Shown: positions 30,913 to 41,145 of the stretch, in pieces
How the letters are laid out: each line of letters starts with the position of its first letter
How positions within the stretch are numbered: the stretch's first letter is position 1
Assembly (NCBI GenBank): GCA_025358645.1
Contig: JANYIW010000321.1
Coordinates: forward strand, 1-55,602
Direction of reading: 5' to 3'
DNA length: 55,602 nucleotides
Origin: Bacteroidales bacterium
GTDB taxonomy: Bacteria; Bacteroidota; Bacteroidia; Bacteroidales; VadinHA17
Made by a program: the position numbers and the translations under genes
The notes under the pieces: model-generated
Told to the model about the DNA's origin: nothing
Database searches by the model: none
The model's input: only the letters and a program-made list of their open reading frames with translations

Positions 30913-32175
30913 ATGGGGTTTGCCTCGACCTATCTTAACGAAAGGGCTCTGTTCCCTCAACAAATTAATGAGGCGCCTGATCGGACGACAGGCATAATTG
31001 TAGTTGTGCCTGCGTATAATGAACCAGGACTCACTAAGTTACTTGATTCTCTTGCAAATTGTACAGAACCTGAATGCAAGGTTGAAGTTATAATTGTCAT
31101 TAATGCTCCTGATGATGCAACCGGGGAGAATTTAGAGAATAATAAAAAAAGCATAATTGATACTGAAAACTGGAAGAAAATAAACAGTAACATTTTCTTC
31201 CGGCTTTTTGTTTTTGAAGCGGAGCACCATTTTATAGGTGGATGGGGTGTAGGCCTTGCGAGAAAGACGGGAATGGATGAAGCAGTACGTCGGTTTAACA
31301 GCATTGACAAACCTGATGGAATTATCCTTAATCTTGATGCAGACTGTACCGTTGAGAGAAATTACTTTCTAGCCGTATCCAATGAATTATTAAAAAAAGA
31401 TAACCTCGCGGCATGTTCGATATATTTTGAACACCCTCTATCAGGAAACAATTATCCTGATACCATCTTTAAATATATTACTCTGTATGAGCTACATCTT
31501 CGTTACTACTTTCAGGGGCTTGCTTATTCAGGTTTTCCTTATGTTTTTCACACTGTGGGATCTGCAATAGCCGTTAAAGCGCTGGCATATATAAAAGCCG
31601 GTGGAATGAACAGAAAGAAGGCAGGGGAAGACTTTTATTTTATTCAGAAACTGGTTCCTGCAGGAGGATATTTCAATTTAAATTCAACTACTGTTTACCC
31701 ATCACCAAGGGCTTCTTCCAGAGTCCCTTTCGGAACAGGCGCTTCAATAGGAAAACTCAACAGTGATAACAGTTCAACACTCTTAACTTATAATATGCTT
31801 GCGTTTAGAGAGCTACGAACCTTTTTTGAACTGATTGATGTTTTTTTTATATGCAGAAATGAAGAGTTACACGAGCATTTCAATTTAATCCCTCAGGGTC
31901 TTAGGCTGTTCCTCGATCAAAAAGAGTGGATTGATAAAATGATGGAGGTAAAGAATAATACATCGGGGATAGAATCATTTAAAAAGCGTTTTTATGTATG
32001 GTTTAATATGTTCAGAATTGTGAAATATCTTAACTATGTCCATCTTGACTTTTTCGAAAAGAAGCCGGTTGACTCTTCTGCCTCAGAATTACTCGAAATC
32101 AGAGGTATCACTCTTGACTTAAAAGAACCTCTTGACTTGCTACTATATTATAGGTCGATGGAAAAAAACAGTTGA
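30913..32175 (+). CDS. GT-A (family 2-like) glycosyltransferase
   Basis: VVVPAYNE, GVG.ARK.GMD, LDAD, GEDFY, SSRVPFGTG. Confidence 0.8.
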   Translation: MGFASTYLNERALFPQQINEAPDRTTGIIVVVPAYNEPGLTKLLDSLANCTEPECKVEVIIVINAPDDATGENLENNKKSIIDTENWKKINSNIFFRLFVFEAEHHFIGGWGVGLARKTGMDEAVRRFNSIDKPDGIILNLDADCTVERNYFLAVSNELLKKDNLAACSIYFEHPLSGNNYPDTIFKYITLYELHLRYYFQGLAYSGFPYVFHTVGSAIAVKALAYIKAGGMNRKKAGEDFYFIQKLVPAGGYFNLNSTTVYPSPRASSRVPFGTGASIGKLNSDNSSTLLTYNMLAFRELRTFFELIDVFFICRNEELHEHFNLIPQGLRLFLDQKEWIDKMMEVKNNTSGIESFKKRFYVWFNMFRIVKYLNYVHLDFFEKKPVDSSASELLEIRGITLDLKEPLDLLLYYRSMEKNS

Positions 32176-32211
32176 ACTAACTAAAGCGATTTACAATCAT
32201 AAAGTATTAGT

Positions 32212-32553
32212 TTATCTATTCTTCCTTGTAATTTTACGATCTTCAGAAGGCGTGAGGATAATATAGAGATCTTCATCAGGTTTCTTCATGCGGTACTGTT
32301 CACGGGCAAATTTTTCAAGATTATGGTTGTTTGTTTTCAATTCACGAAGCTTTTGCTTGTCATCCCCGATGCGTTTAATATAATATTCCCTGTCGATCTT
32401 AAGCTTATGTAATTCTCTCATATCTTTGTATCTGTCAATCAGGTTGTTGGAATCTAAGAGAGTTACCCATACAATAAAAATAACGATAGTCAGGACGTAT
32501 TTATTCCGGAAAATAGCAGGAATCTTGTCTATAAATTTAAACCTGATAATCAT
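32212..32553 (-). CDS. Septum formation initiator (FtsB/DivIC family)
   Basis: TM helix, coiled coil, LEKFAREQY.MK..DED. Confidence 0.88.
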   Translation of the reverse strand: MIIRFKFIDKIPAIFRNKYVLTIVIFIVWVTLLDSNNLIDRYKDMRELHKLKIDREYYIKRIGDDKQKLRELKTNNHNLEKFAREQYRMKKPDEDLYIILTPSEDRKITRKNR

Positions 32554-32576
32554 GGTACAAACCTACAATTATTTTT

Positions 32577-32780
32577 TTAACCGCCGCTCATGAGATAAAG
32601 CATGTGTACATCGTCCCTCTCATGTATAATTGTGGAATCGTACTTTTCTTTTGATATTAATACTCCATTGATCTTGACTATTCTCATCTTAAATGAAAAG
32701 TTTTTCAAACTAAGCATTTCATTTACAGTAATTGACTCCTTACTGAATTCTTCCTCCCTGTTATTTAATAAGATCTTCAT
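32577..32780 (-). CDS. ThiS/MoaD-family sulfur carrier
   Basis: 67 aa ubiquitin-like, V.ING, C-terminal GG. Confidence 0.88.
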   Translation of the reverse strand: MKILLNNREEEFSKESITVNEMLSLKNFSFKMRIVKINGVLISKEKYDSTIIHERDDVHMLYLMSGG

Positions 32781-32893
32781 TTGCTTTTGAGAATTTTATT
32801 TTTTGCACGGTACATCTTATAAATCATTTCAGTAATCTGCCCGAAAGATAAGAACCTTTTAATGTTTTTACAAATAAGCATCCCATAACATAC

Positions 32894-32905
32894 TGATCAA
32901 TATCA
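32894..32905. promoter_or_regulatory. Putative Crp/Fnr-family box upstream of aor
   Basis: TGATCAATATCA identical to the korA site; -7 element TAATTTTG at 32929-32936. Confidence 0.5.
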
Positions 32906-32978
32906 TGCTAAATCATAAAGAATTGGTTTAATTTTGTTTCATTGCTTTCGAATATACAAGCCTCAAATATTTTTATTT

Positions 32979-35132
32979 ATGGACATAGTGTCGATTAAAG
33001 CTCAACATAAACTTTTAAAAGGCTGGGATTATATCTGGACCCCACTGAGTAAAGGCTACACCGATAAGGTACTTTACATTAATGTGGGTACAACAGAAAT
33101 AAAGGAGAAGAATGTACCTCTTGTCATGAAAGAAAAATTCATTGGAGGAAAAGGGTATGGTCTCAGACTCCTCTGGGATGCTACGAAACCTGAAACAAAA
33201 TGGGATGATCCTGAAAATGAGATTATTATATCGTCCGGTCCGATTGGAGGGATAACTCAGTATTCAGGAACTGGTAAATCGCTGGTAGTAAGTTTGTCAC
33301 CTCAGACAAACTCAGTTATGGATAGCAATGTGGGTGGGTTTTTTGGACCGTTCCTTAAGTTTTCCGGATTTGATGCTATCGAAATCCAGGGAAAAGCGGG
33401 AAAAGATGTAATAGTTTTTATTGATGGTATAAACCATAGGGTTGAGATATTCGAAGCGCCAGCTGACGCTACTGATAGCCATCTTTTGGCAGAACAACTG
33501 ACAGAAATATTTGCCGATAATGATAATGAAAAGAAATATATCGGAGTAGTCTCTACGGGATCAGCTGCCGGACACTCATTAATCGGTATGCTAAACTTCA
33601 GTTTTTACGATTCCAAACGTAAGAAGGTCAGATTGAAACAAGCTGGAAGGGGAGGTATTGGAACAGTATTTCGCAATAAGAGAATTAAAGCGCTGGTATG
33701 TAAAATCCCGGGAATTAAAGGAAACCTCAATAATGTCGTTGATCTTGAGGCTATCATGGAACGGGGTAAAAGATTTAACAGGGAGATGCGGGAATTGGAC
33801 GCTAAACAATGCCAGATGAGAGAAATTGGAACAGCTCATCTGATGGAGGTAATGAATGATCACGACCTGTTGCCTGTAATGAATTATAAATTTGGAAGTC
33901 ATCCTGATTCTCATAAGATAGATTCGTCAGTGTGGAAAAGAAATTTTACGCAGAATATTCCTGATGGCTGCTGGATAGGGTGCAATATGTCGTGCAGCAA
34001 GGGGATTGATGATTTTGTTCTGAAGACAGGTCCTTATAAGGGGCAGAAAGTTTTAGTTGATGGTCCGGAATACGAGAATGCTGCCGGTCTTGGATCAAAC
34101 TGTGGAATATTCGACCCGGAATATATTATTGAAACAAATTTTTATTGCGATACTTATGGTATATGTACAATAACATGGAGCACTCTTACAGCTTTTATTA
34201 TGGAGTGTTACCAGAATGGTATTCTAAATAAGGAAAGAACAGGTGGGCTTGATCTTAACTTTGGTAATTCAGTCTCTGCACTTGAAATGTTACATCAGCT
34301 TGCCCGCGGAGAGGGATTCGGGAAGATTGCCGGAACAGGTGTCCGTAAGATGAAAGAGCTGTTCATTAAAAATGGCTGGGGCGATCCTGCTTTCCTGAAT
34401 GATATTGGAATGGAAAACAAGGGACTGGAATACTCTCAGTACATGCCAAAAGAATCCCTCGCGCAACAGGGTGGTTTCGCACTTACAAATAAGGGACCTC
34501 AGCATGATGAAGCATGGCTTATCTTCATGGATATGGTTAATAATCAGATACCAACATTTGAAAACAAAGCTGAAGCGCTTCATTATTTTCCGATGTTCCG
34601 TACATGGTTCGGCCTGGTAGGCTTATGCAAATTGCCATGGAATGATGTTGAACCTGAGTCCAATGCCCAGAGTAACGAACCTGCCAAAGTACCAGAGCAT
34701 GTTGATAATTATATAACTATTTATAAGGCAGTTACAGGTCGGGAGTTTGATAGGAAGCGGTTGGTGGAGGATTCCGAAAGAGTCTATAATTTTCAAAGAG
34801 TGTTCAACCTCAGACGCGGCTTCGGAACACGCATTCACGACAGGCAACCATATCGGGCCGCGGGTCCTGTTACAATTGAAGAGTACGAATCGCGGTCTGA
34901 ACGTTATGATAAACAGCTTAAAGAAAAGATTGGATTCGACCCGGCAGGAAAGACAACTGTAGAGAAAATGAAGGTCCTGCGGAAATATAGGGAGGATCAG
35001 TATGAATCTCTGATAGATGCAGTTTATAAAAGAAGAGGATGGAATAATAACGGTGTTCCGACAATTGATTTTCTGAAAAAGATCGGGATGGACTTGCCTG
35101 AGGTAATAGAAGTAGTAAAGAATTATCAGTAA
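32979..35132 (+). CDS. aor: Aldehyde:ferredoxin oxidoreductase (tungsten, AOR/WOR family)
   Basis: FIGGKG, SP.T...DSNVGG, AGRGG.G, CxxGCxxxC, PEYE, D.YG.C, RGW...GVP. Confidence 0.9.
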   Translation: MDIVSIKAQHKLLKGWDYIWTPLSKGYTDKVLYINVGTTEIKEKNVPLVMKEKFIGGKGYGLRLLWDATKPETKWDDPENEIIISSGPIGGITQYSGTGKSLVVSLSPQTNSVMDSNVGGFFGPFLKFSGFDAIEIQGKAGKDVIVFIDGINHRVEIFEAPADATDSHLLAEQLTEIFADNDNEKKYIGVVSTGSAAGHSLIGMLNFSFYDSKRKKVRLKQAGRGGIGTVFRNKRIKALVCKIPGIKGNLNNVVDLEAIMERGKRFNREMRELDAKQCQMREIGTAHLMEVMNDHDLLPVMNYKFGSHPDSHKIDSSVWKRNFTQNIPDGCWIGCNMSCSKGIDDFVLKTGPYKGQKVLVDGPEYENAAGLGSNCGIFDPEYIIETNFYCDTYGICTITWSTLTAFIMECYQNGILNKERTGGLDLNFGNSVSALEMLHQLARGEGFGKIAGTGVRKMKELFIKNGWGDPAFLNDIGMENKGLEYSQYMPKESLAQQGGFALTNKGPQHDEAWLIFMDMVNNQIPTFENKAEALHYFPMFRTWFGLVGLCKLPWNDVEPESNAQSNEPAKVPEHVDNYITIYKAVTGREFDRKRLVEDSERVYNFQRVFNLRRGFGTRIHDRQPYRAAGPVTIEEYESRSERYDKQLKEKIGFDPAGKTTVEKMKVLRKYREDQYESLIDAVYKRRGWNNNGVPTIDFLKKIGMDLPEVIEVVKNYQ

Positions 35133-35281
35133 AACAGACAAATAAAATCGATAAGTTGTTCTTTCAGAGACAATAAATACAATCCTGCACATTGCTGAAA
35201 AAAAGATTTAAATTTGCGGGTGTTTAAGAGAACCCCGGTTTAACGTCTCTACTTACTCCATATAAAGGAATTTTCAGATCA

Positions 35282-36277
35282 ATGATTATAAAATTAATAA
35301 TCGAACTGACAAAAATAAGAGTCATCCTTTCACTCTCTTTAGCAATATTATTGTTCCCGATTATCGCTGAAAGCCAATCCAGGGTAGTTCAAAAAGAGTT
35401 AATTATTTTCCATGCAGGTTCCCTTTCTATACCTATGAAACAGATAGCTCAGGAATATGAGAAAAGAAATCCAGGCATAAAAATATTTCTTGAATCAGCA
35501 GGAAGTCTGGTTTGTGCCAGAAAGGTAACAGAGCTTAAAAAGCCGTGTGATATTATAGCGTCCTCAGATTATTTTGTTATAAATAAACTTCTTATTCCGG
35601 ATTATGCAAGTTGGAGTATCAGGTTTGCCACCAATGAAATTGTTATTGCCTATCAGGAAAAATCAAAATATTCAAAAGAAACTAGTACTGATAATTGGAT
35701 GGATATCCTTCAGAAGAAGGATGTAATCTATTCCAGATCAGACCCTGATTCTGATCCCTGTGGTTACCGGACTGTATTTACATTTATGCTGGCCGAAAAG
35801 TATTACAACAGACCAGGATTAGCTGAAAAGTTATTATCGAAAAACAAAGAATATATACGACCAAAAGAAGTTGACCTGGTGGCGCTTCTTGAATCAGATG
35901 CTATTGATTATATGCTTCAGTATAAATCAGTTGCAATTCAACATGGACTTAAATATATTGAACTGCCAAAAGAAATAAACCTTGCTGATCCTTCAAAAAA
36001 TGAGACCTATTCATCTGTCAGCACAGATATTGCCGGCAGTAAGCCAGGAATTAAAATGAAAGTCAGAGGAGAGTATATTAATTACAGTATTACAGTTCTT
36101 GATCAGGCTCCTCAGAAAGAAGAAGCTGTCAATTTCCTGGAATTCTTCCTGGGTCCGTACGGTACGGAAATCTTCAAAAAAAATGGACAGGAACCTATAA
36201 TTCCCTTTAGCACTGAACAATCAGATAAACTGCCTTTAAAACTGTTGAAATATTTGAATAAGACTCAAAAGAACTGA
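35282..36277 (+). CDS. wtpA: Tungstate/molybdate ABC transporter substrate-binding protein
   Basis: FHAGSL, GS....R, SDP..DPCGYR, IRPKEVDL, Y.SVA.QH. Confidence 0.88.
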   Translation: MIIKLIIELTKIRVILSLSLAILLFPIIAESQSRVVQKELIIFHAGSLSIPMKQIAQEYEKRNPGIKIFLESAGSLVCARKVTELKKPCDIIASSDYFVINKLLIPDYASWSIRFATNEIVIAYQEKSKYSKETSTDNWMDILQKKDVIYSRSDPDSDPCGYRTVFTFMLAEKYYNRPGLAEKLLSKNKEYIRPKEVDLVALLESDAIDYMLQYKSVAIQHGLKYIELPKEINLADPSKNETYSSVSTDIAGSKPGIKMKVRGEYINYSITVLDQAPQKEEAVNFLEFFLGPYGTEIFKKNGQEPIIPFSTEQSDKLPLKLLKYLNKTQKN

Positions 36278-36284
36278 ATTCATC

Positions 36285-37094
36285 ATGAGACGGAACAGCA
36301 TATTCACATGGATTGTGATGATTCTTTCATCATTGGTGCTGTTATTTATTATTGCGCCTCTTGCCGGCATGTTTATCCATACAGGAGCAACTCAGTTTAT
36401 TGAAACAGTCAAAGACAAAGAGGTTCACCAGAGTGTTTGGTTAACACTTTGGGTATCATTCACAGCAACTTTTATTTTCTCAGTTGGAGCTATCCCATTC
36501 GCGTGGTTGCTTGCGCGGAAAAAGTTTCCGGCTAAGAATTTTGTTCAGGGAATAATTGACCTTCCAATAGTACTTCCTCATACTGCTGCAGGTATTGCTC
36601 TTCTGGGATTTATCTCCCGGGATGGATTTTTAGGAAAATTAGCTTCTTTTGCAGGCTTCGATCTGGTTAATCATCCTTCGGGAATAGCTCTCGCGATGGC
36701 TTTTGTAAGTTTACCATTCCTGATAAATGCTGCCCGCGACGGTTTTGCCGCTGTTCCTGAAAGACTTGAAAAGGCTGCACTTAATCTAGGGGCAGGCTAT
36801 ACAAAAGTTTTTTTTACAATTTCTCTGCCACTGGCATGGCGCAGTATTACTACCGGGTTTGTAATGATGTTTGCCAGGGGAATGAGTGAATTTGGCGCTG
36901 TAGTTATTATTGCTTATCATCCCATGATTGCACCCGTTCTCATCTATGAAAGGTTTAGTTCTTATGGGCTTAATTATGCCCGGCCGGCATCAGTATTTTT
37001 TATCCTGGTAGCTCTCCTGTTCCTGATTGCATTGAGGCTTCTTTCTTTTAAAAGAAAAGTGAAATATATAAACAACGATGCTGAGACTTATTAA
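36285..37094 (+). CDS. wtpB: Tungstate/molybdate ABC permease
   Basis: DLPIVLPH.AG, EAA loop, FAR.MSEFGA. Confidence 0.88.
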   Translation: MRRNSIFTWIVMILSSLVLLFIIAPLAGMFIHTGATQFIETVKDKEVHQSVWLTLWVSFTATFIFSVGAIPFAWLLARKKFPAKNFVQGIIDLPIVLPHTAAGIALLGFISRDGFLGKLASFAGFDLVNHPSGIALAMAFVSLPFLINAARDGFAAVPERLEKAALNLGAGYTKVFFTISLPLAWRSITTGFVMMFARGMSEFGAVVIIAYHPMIAPVLIYERFSSYGLNYARPASVFFILVALLFLIALRLLSFKRKVKYINNDAETY

Positions 37095-38133
37095 TATTAA
37101 CCGTCGTCTTGGCGATTTTGTCCTTTCTGATATAAACCTGGAAGTATCCGATGGTCAGTACTATGTCCTATTGGGTAGATCAGGGTCAGGAAAGACACAA
37201 CTTCTGGAGCTGATTGCCGGATTGGAACATCCTGATACTGGTAAGATATTTCTTGATGACATCGAGATTACAAGGCAGCGGATACAGGACAGAAAAGTTG
37301 GAATTGTCTTTCAGGATTTTGCTGTTTTCCCGCACATGACTGTCTTTGGAAATATTGCCTACCCGCTCAGAGCCAGAAAAGAAAATAAGAAAAGTATTGC
37401 AGATAAGGTGGAAAAAGCAGCAACTGCTATGAATATCCGGCATATTCTCGAACGAAGTACAGAGAAACTTTCAGGTGGTGAATTACAAAGAGTAGCTCTC
37501 GCACGGACACTTATTACTTCTCCCAGATTACTCCTGCTCGACGAACCTCTTTCTTCGCTAGATACATCGCTGAAAGACGACCTGAAAAGATTGTTAAGAA
37601 ATCTTAATAAAGAGGGGCAGACAATTATTCATGTAACTCACGACTATGGAGATGCAATAAGCCTTGCAAAAAGAGTGGGAGTTATTCATAACGGGAAGAT
37701 TATCCAGGAGGGTTCTGTGAATGAGGTATTTAATAATCCGTCAAACCGTTTTGTTGCACGTTATGCAGGAATCAGGAATTTCTTCAAGGTTGATATTTCC
37801 CGTGAAGATGGATTATTCGTTGGCGTTACAGAGCACAAAGTAATATTTAAACTGAATGGTATAACCCCAACAAGAAACAATCTCCTTCTTATAAAAAGTG
37901 ACTCGATTATCATATCAAACGAAATGCCCGCTGATATAGAACTTAACGCCTTCAAAGGAAAAGTAACTGAAATCACACCTTCAGAATTTGGTATGGAAGT
38001 AATAATAGATGCCGGTGATTTGTTCTATACTAATATACTTACTTCAGAAATGGGGAAACTCAGACTTATTGAAGGAAAAGAAGTTTGGGTGAGCTTTCCT
38101 TCAAAAGCTATAGTAGTTATTAATGGAAACTAA
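37078..38133 (+). CDS. wtpC: Tungstate/molybdate ABC ATPase with TOBE domain
   Basis: GRSGSGKT, LSGGE, LLDEP, C-terminal TOBE. Confidence 0.88.
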   Translation: MLRLININRRLGDFVLSDINLEVSDGQYYVLLGRSGSGKTQLLELIAGLEHPDTGKIFLDDIEITRQRIQDRKVGIVFQDFAVFPHMTVFGNIAYPLRARKENKKSIADKVEKAATAMNIRHILERSTEKLSGGELQRVALARTLITSPRLLLLDEPLSSLDTSLKDDLKRLLRNLNKEGQTIIHVTHDYGDAISLAKRVGVIHNGKIIQEGSVNEVFNNPSNRFVARYAGIRNFFKVDISREDGLFVGVTEHKVIFKLNGITPTRNNLLLIKSDSIIISNEMPADIELNAFKGKVTEITPSEFGMEVIIDAGDLFYTNILTSEMGKLRLIEGKEVWVSFPSKAIVVINGN

Positions 38134-38223
38134 AAAAATGATCAGACTAAAATATTTGAAATATAATTCTATGACCCCCTTTCCTGTTTCCACCTTGGGG
38201 GGAAGTAAATAATATTATGAGGC

Positions 38224-39399
38224 ATGATAACTTTTGAAGAAGCTTTCGAAATTGTGATGGAATCGGTTTTTGAGACTGTAGCAGAGACAATTCCATTTAA
38301 TGATTCCTATCAACGGATTCTTGATGAAGATATAACCACCGATATCGATATGCCTCCATTTAACAGGTCAGCAGTAGATGGTTATGCCTGTAATAAGCTG
38401 GAAATGAACAATGAATTGGTGGTTATAGAGGTCATTGCCGCGGGTAAAGAACCCAAACATAAGATAGGGAAGAATCAATGCTCAAAAATAATGACCGGCG
38501 CAATTGTTCCGGAAGGTTGTGACATAGTTTTTATGATAGAGGAATCAGAAAATCTGCCGAACGGTAAAATCATATTTACCGGAACCAACCCGAAGATAAA
38601 TATATCTTTTAAAGGCGAAGATGTCATTAAAGGTGATATCGTCCTAAAGAAACCTAAATACATTCAACCCCAGGATATTGCTTTAATGGCTTCTGTAGGA
38701 CATACAGAAGTTCGTGTGAAAAAGAAGCCAATTGTAGGGATAATCAGTACAGGGGATGAGCTGATTAACCCTTCCGGTTTCCCTGGTATTTCGCAGATAC
38801 GTAACAGCAATGCTTATCAATTAGGCGCTCAGGTTGTCAGGGCAGGAGCAGCAGCAATAGATTATGGCATTGCACCGGACAATGCAACTATCACTTATGC
38901 AATGATAGAAAAAGCTATTAGTAAGAGTGATATAGTTATAATTACCGGTGGTGTTTCAATGGGTGATTTTGATTTTGTACCATCCATTCTGGAACGTGCA
39001 GGAGTGAAAATTTTATTTGACAAGGTGAATGTTAAACCGGGTAAACCAACAACCTTCGGAGTACATTCCAAAGCCATTGTATTGGGGTTGCCAGGTAATC
39101 CTGTTTCTTCATTTATTCAATTTGAAGTTCTCGTAAGACCTATGATAAACAGGATGATGGGCTATGAGTGGATAGCCATTGAAAATATGTTGCCTATGGC
39201 AGTAGCCTATAATAGAAAATCATCAGTCAGACTGGAATTCATTCCGGTTATTATTAATAAGAATATGGAGGTATTACCTGTCGATTTTCATGGATCGGCT
39301 CATCTTGCAGCGCTTTCTTATGCCGACGGGATAATAACATTGAAACCGGGAAGAGGATCATTGGTAAAAGGAGAAATTGTAAATGTTCGACAGATTTGA
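38224..39399 (+). CDS. moeA: Molybdopterin molybdenumtransferase
   Basis: PPF.RSAVDGYA, IMTGA, STGDEL, TGGVSMG, LPGNPVS. Confidence 0.95.
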   Translation: MITFEEAFEIVMESVFETVAETIPFNDSYQRILDEDITTDIDMPPFNRSAVDGYACNKLEMNNELVVIEVIAAGKEPKHKIGKNQCSKIMTGAIVPEGCDIVFMIEESENLPNGKIIFTGTNPKINISFKGEDVIKGDIVLKKPKYIQPQDIALMASVGHTEVRVKKKPIVGIISTGDELINPSGFPGISQIRNSNAYQLGAQVVRAGAAAIDYGIAPDNATITYAMIEKAISKSDIVIITGGVSMGDFDFVPSILERAGVKILFDKVNVKPGKPTTFGVHSKAIVLGLPGNPVSSFIQFEVLVRPMINRMMGYEWIAIENMLPMAVAYNRKSSVRLEFIPVIINKNMEVLPVDFHGSAHLAALSYADGIITLKPGRGSLVKGEIVNVRQI

Positions 39400-40183
39400 C
39401 AGAAAACTGAATTATTTGCGCATATCTGTCACTGACAGATGTAATTTGCGATGCACTTATTGTATGCCGGAGGAGGGAATTAAACTTTTCCATCATGAAG
39501 AGATCCTTACTTTCGATGAGATTACCGGTTTTACTACGGTGGCAGTGGCAAACGGAGTGACAAAAATAAGGATTACAGGAGGGGAACCTCTTGTCAGAAG
39601 GGGAGTTACGGCACTGATTAGAATGATCTCAGACATTAAAGGCATCGAAGATCTCTCAATGACAACAAATGGCACACTGCTGAAACAGTATGCTCAGGAA
39701 CTCAGGGCAGCAGGTCTTCACAGAGTTAACGTAAGCCTTGACACAATCGATCCTGAAAAATTCAAAGCTATTACACGTAACGGAGATATTAATGATGTAT
39801 TTGAAGGTATTAATGCTGCGAAAGAAGCCGGTCTTTTTCCCGTAAAAATAAATTGTGTCGTCAAAGACTCAAAAGAAGAGGAGGAAGCAAAGGCTGTTGC
39901 CAGGTTTTGCATAGATAATAATTTGGAGATAAGATATATACGTCAAATGGACCTGATCAGGGGACATTTTTCAATAGTCGATGGCGGTACTGGCGGTGAC
40001 TGCTCATCGTGCAACAGGTTGCGGCTTACATCAAACGGGAAACTTAAGCCCTGTCTTTTCAGCAATATTGAATTTGATATAAGAGAACTTGGCTTTGAAA
40101 AGGCAATTAATCTGGCTGCAGAATTAAAACCCGAATGCGGTTCGAAAAACGAAACCGGAACATTTTATAATATAGGAGGTTAA
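39383..40183 (+). CDS. moaA: GTP 3',8-cyclase (compact variant)
   Basis: LRISVTDRCNLRC.YC, TGGEP, CxxCNRLRLT..G.LKPC, C-terminal IGG. Confidence 0.85.
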   Translation: MFDRFDRKLNYLRISVTDRCNLRCTYCMPEEGIKLFHHEEILTFDEITGFTTVAVANGVTKIRITGGEPLVRRGVTALIRMISDIKGIEDLSMTTNGTLLKQYAQELRAAGLHRVNVSLDTIDPEKFKAITRNGDINDVFEGINAAKEAGLFPVKINCVVKDSKEEEEAKAVARFCIDNNLEIRYIRQMDLIRGHFSIVDGGTGGDCSSCNRLRLTSNGKLKPCLFSNIEFDIRELGFEKAINLAAELKPECGSKNETGTFYNIGG

Positions 40184-40189
40184 TAAATT

Positions 40190-40636
40190 ATGGACAAACT
40201 CACACATACTGACAATAAGGGGAAAGCGGTTATGGTTGATGTTGGTGACAAAGAGAATCAACTCAGAATCGCAAAAGCGAGCGGGCATATTACTCTTGCA
40301 CCTGAGACTATCAGACTTATTGAGCATAATCTGCTTAAAAAAGGTGATGTACTTACTGTTTGCCAGCTTGCCGGGATCTCTGCAGCAAAAAGAACATCTG
40401 ATCTTATCCCGTTATGTCATAATATTGTTCTTGATAATGTTAAGGTAGATACGGTTATAGATGCGAGGGGTGTTAACATTGTAAGTGAGGTGAGATGTAC
40501 CGGTAAAACAGGTGTGGAAATGGAAGCGTTAACAGCCGTCAGTGTTGCTTTGCTTACAGTTTATGATATGTGTAAGGCAGTGGATAAAAAAATGATTATT
40601 GATAATATCAACCTGATAGAAAAAATCAAAAAATGA
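40190..40636 (+). CDS. moaC: Cyclic pyranopterin monophosphate synthase
   Basis: MVDV, LIPLCH, TGVEMEAL, YDMCKA. Confidence 0.95.
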   Translation: MDKLTHTDNKGKAVMVDVGDKENQLRIAKASGHITLAPETIRLIEHNLLKKGDVLTVCQLAGISAAKRTSDLIPLCHNIVLDNVKVDTVIDARGVNIVSEVRCTGKTGVEMEALTAVSVALLTVYDMCKAVDKKMIIDNINLIEKIKK

Positions 40637-41145
40637 ATCTTCCTGAAAAATTTGAAATACTGATAATTACACTCAGCGACAGGGCTCACAGAGGCGAGTA
40701 TGAGGATCTCAGCGGACCAAAGATCAAAGAAAAGATTACAGAGTTTTTTTCGTCTGGCAGCTGGTTATGTAATATCAAATTAACCCTCATCCCTGATGAC
40801 TCTGCTACTTTAAAGGATCTGCTGAAAAGTGCCGGAAAAAATTACAATATTATTATAACTACAGGCGGAACTGGTATTGGTCCCAGGGATATTACAGTAG
40901 AGACAGTTACGCCTCTTCTCACTAAAGAAATCCCCGGGATAATGGAATTTATCAGGATCAAATATGGGACTGAAAAACCTGCTGCACTCTTAAGCAGAGG
41001 CGTTGCAGGAATCATAGGTAAATCGTTGATTTATACCCTGCCTGGTTCTGTAAGAGCCGTTGAAGAGTATATGAGCGAAATAATGAAGACTCTTAAGCAT
41101 ACTATTTATATGCAATATGGAATTGACAAACATACAGATATCTAA
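40633..41145 (+). CDS. MogA/MoaB molybdopterin adenylyltransferase
   Basis: SDR....EDLSG, TTGGTG..PRD.T, LSR, LPGS. Confidence 0.9.
   Translation: MNLPEKFEILIITLSDRAHRGEYEDLSGPKIKEKITEFFSSGSWLCNIKLTLIPDDSATLKDLLKSAGKNYNIIITTGGTGIGPRDITVETVTPLLTKEIPGIMEFIRIKYGTEKPAALLSRGVAGIIGKSLIYTLPGSVRAVEEYMSEIMKTLKHTIYMQYGIDKHTDI

Noticed and set aside
34623-35192. 189-aa antisense ORF and the other short shadow ORFs in the track
   Set aside because: They overlap well-supported genes and carry no recognisable motifs
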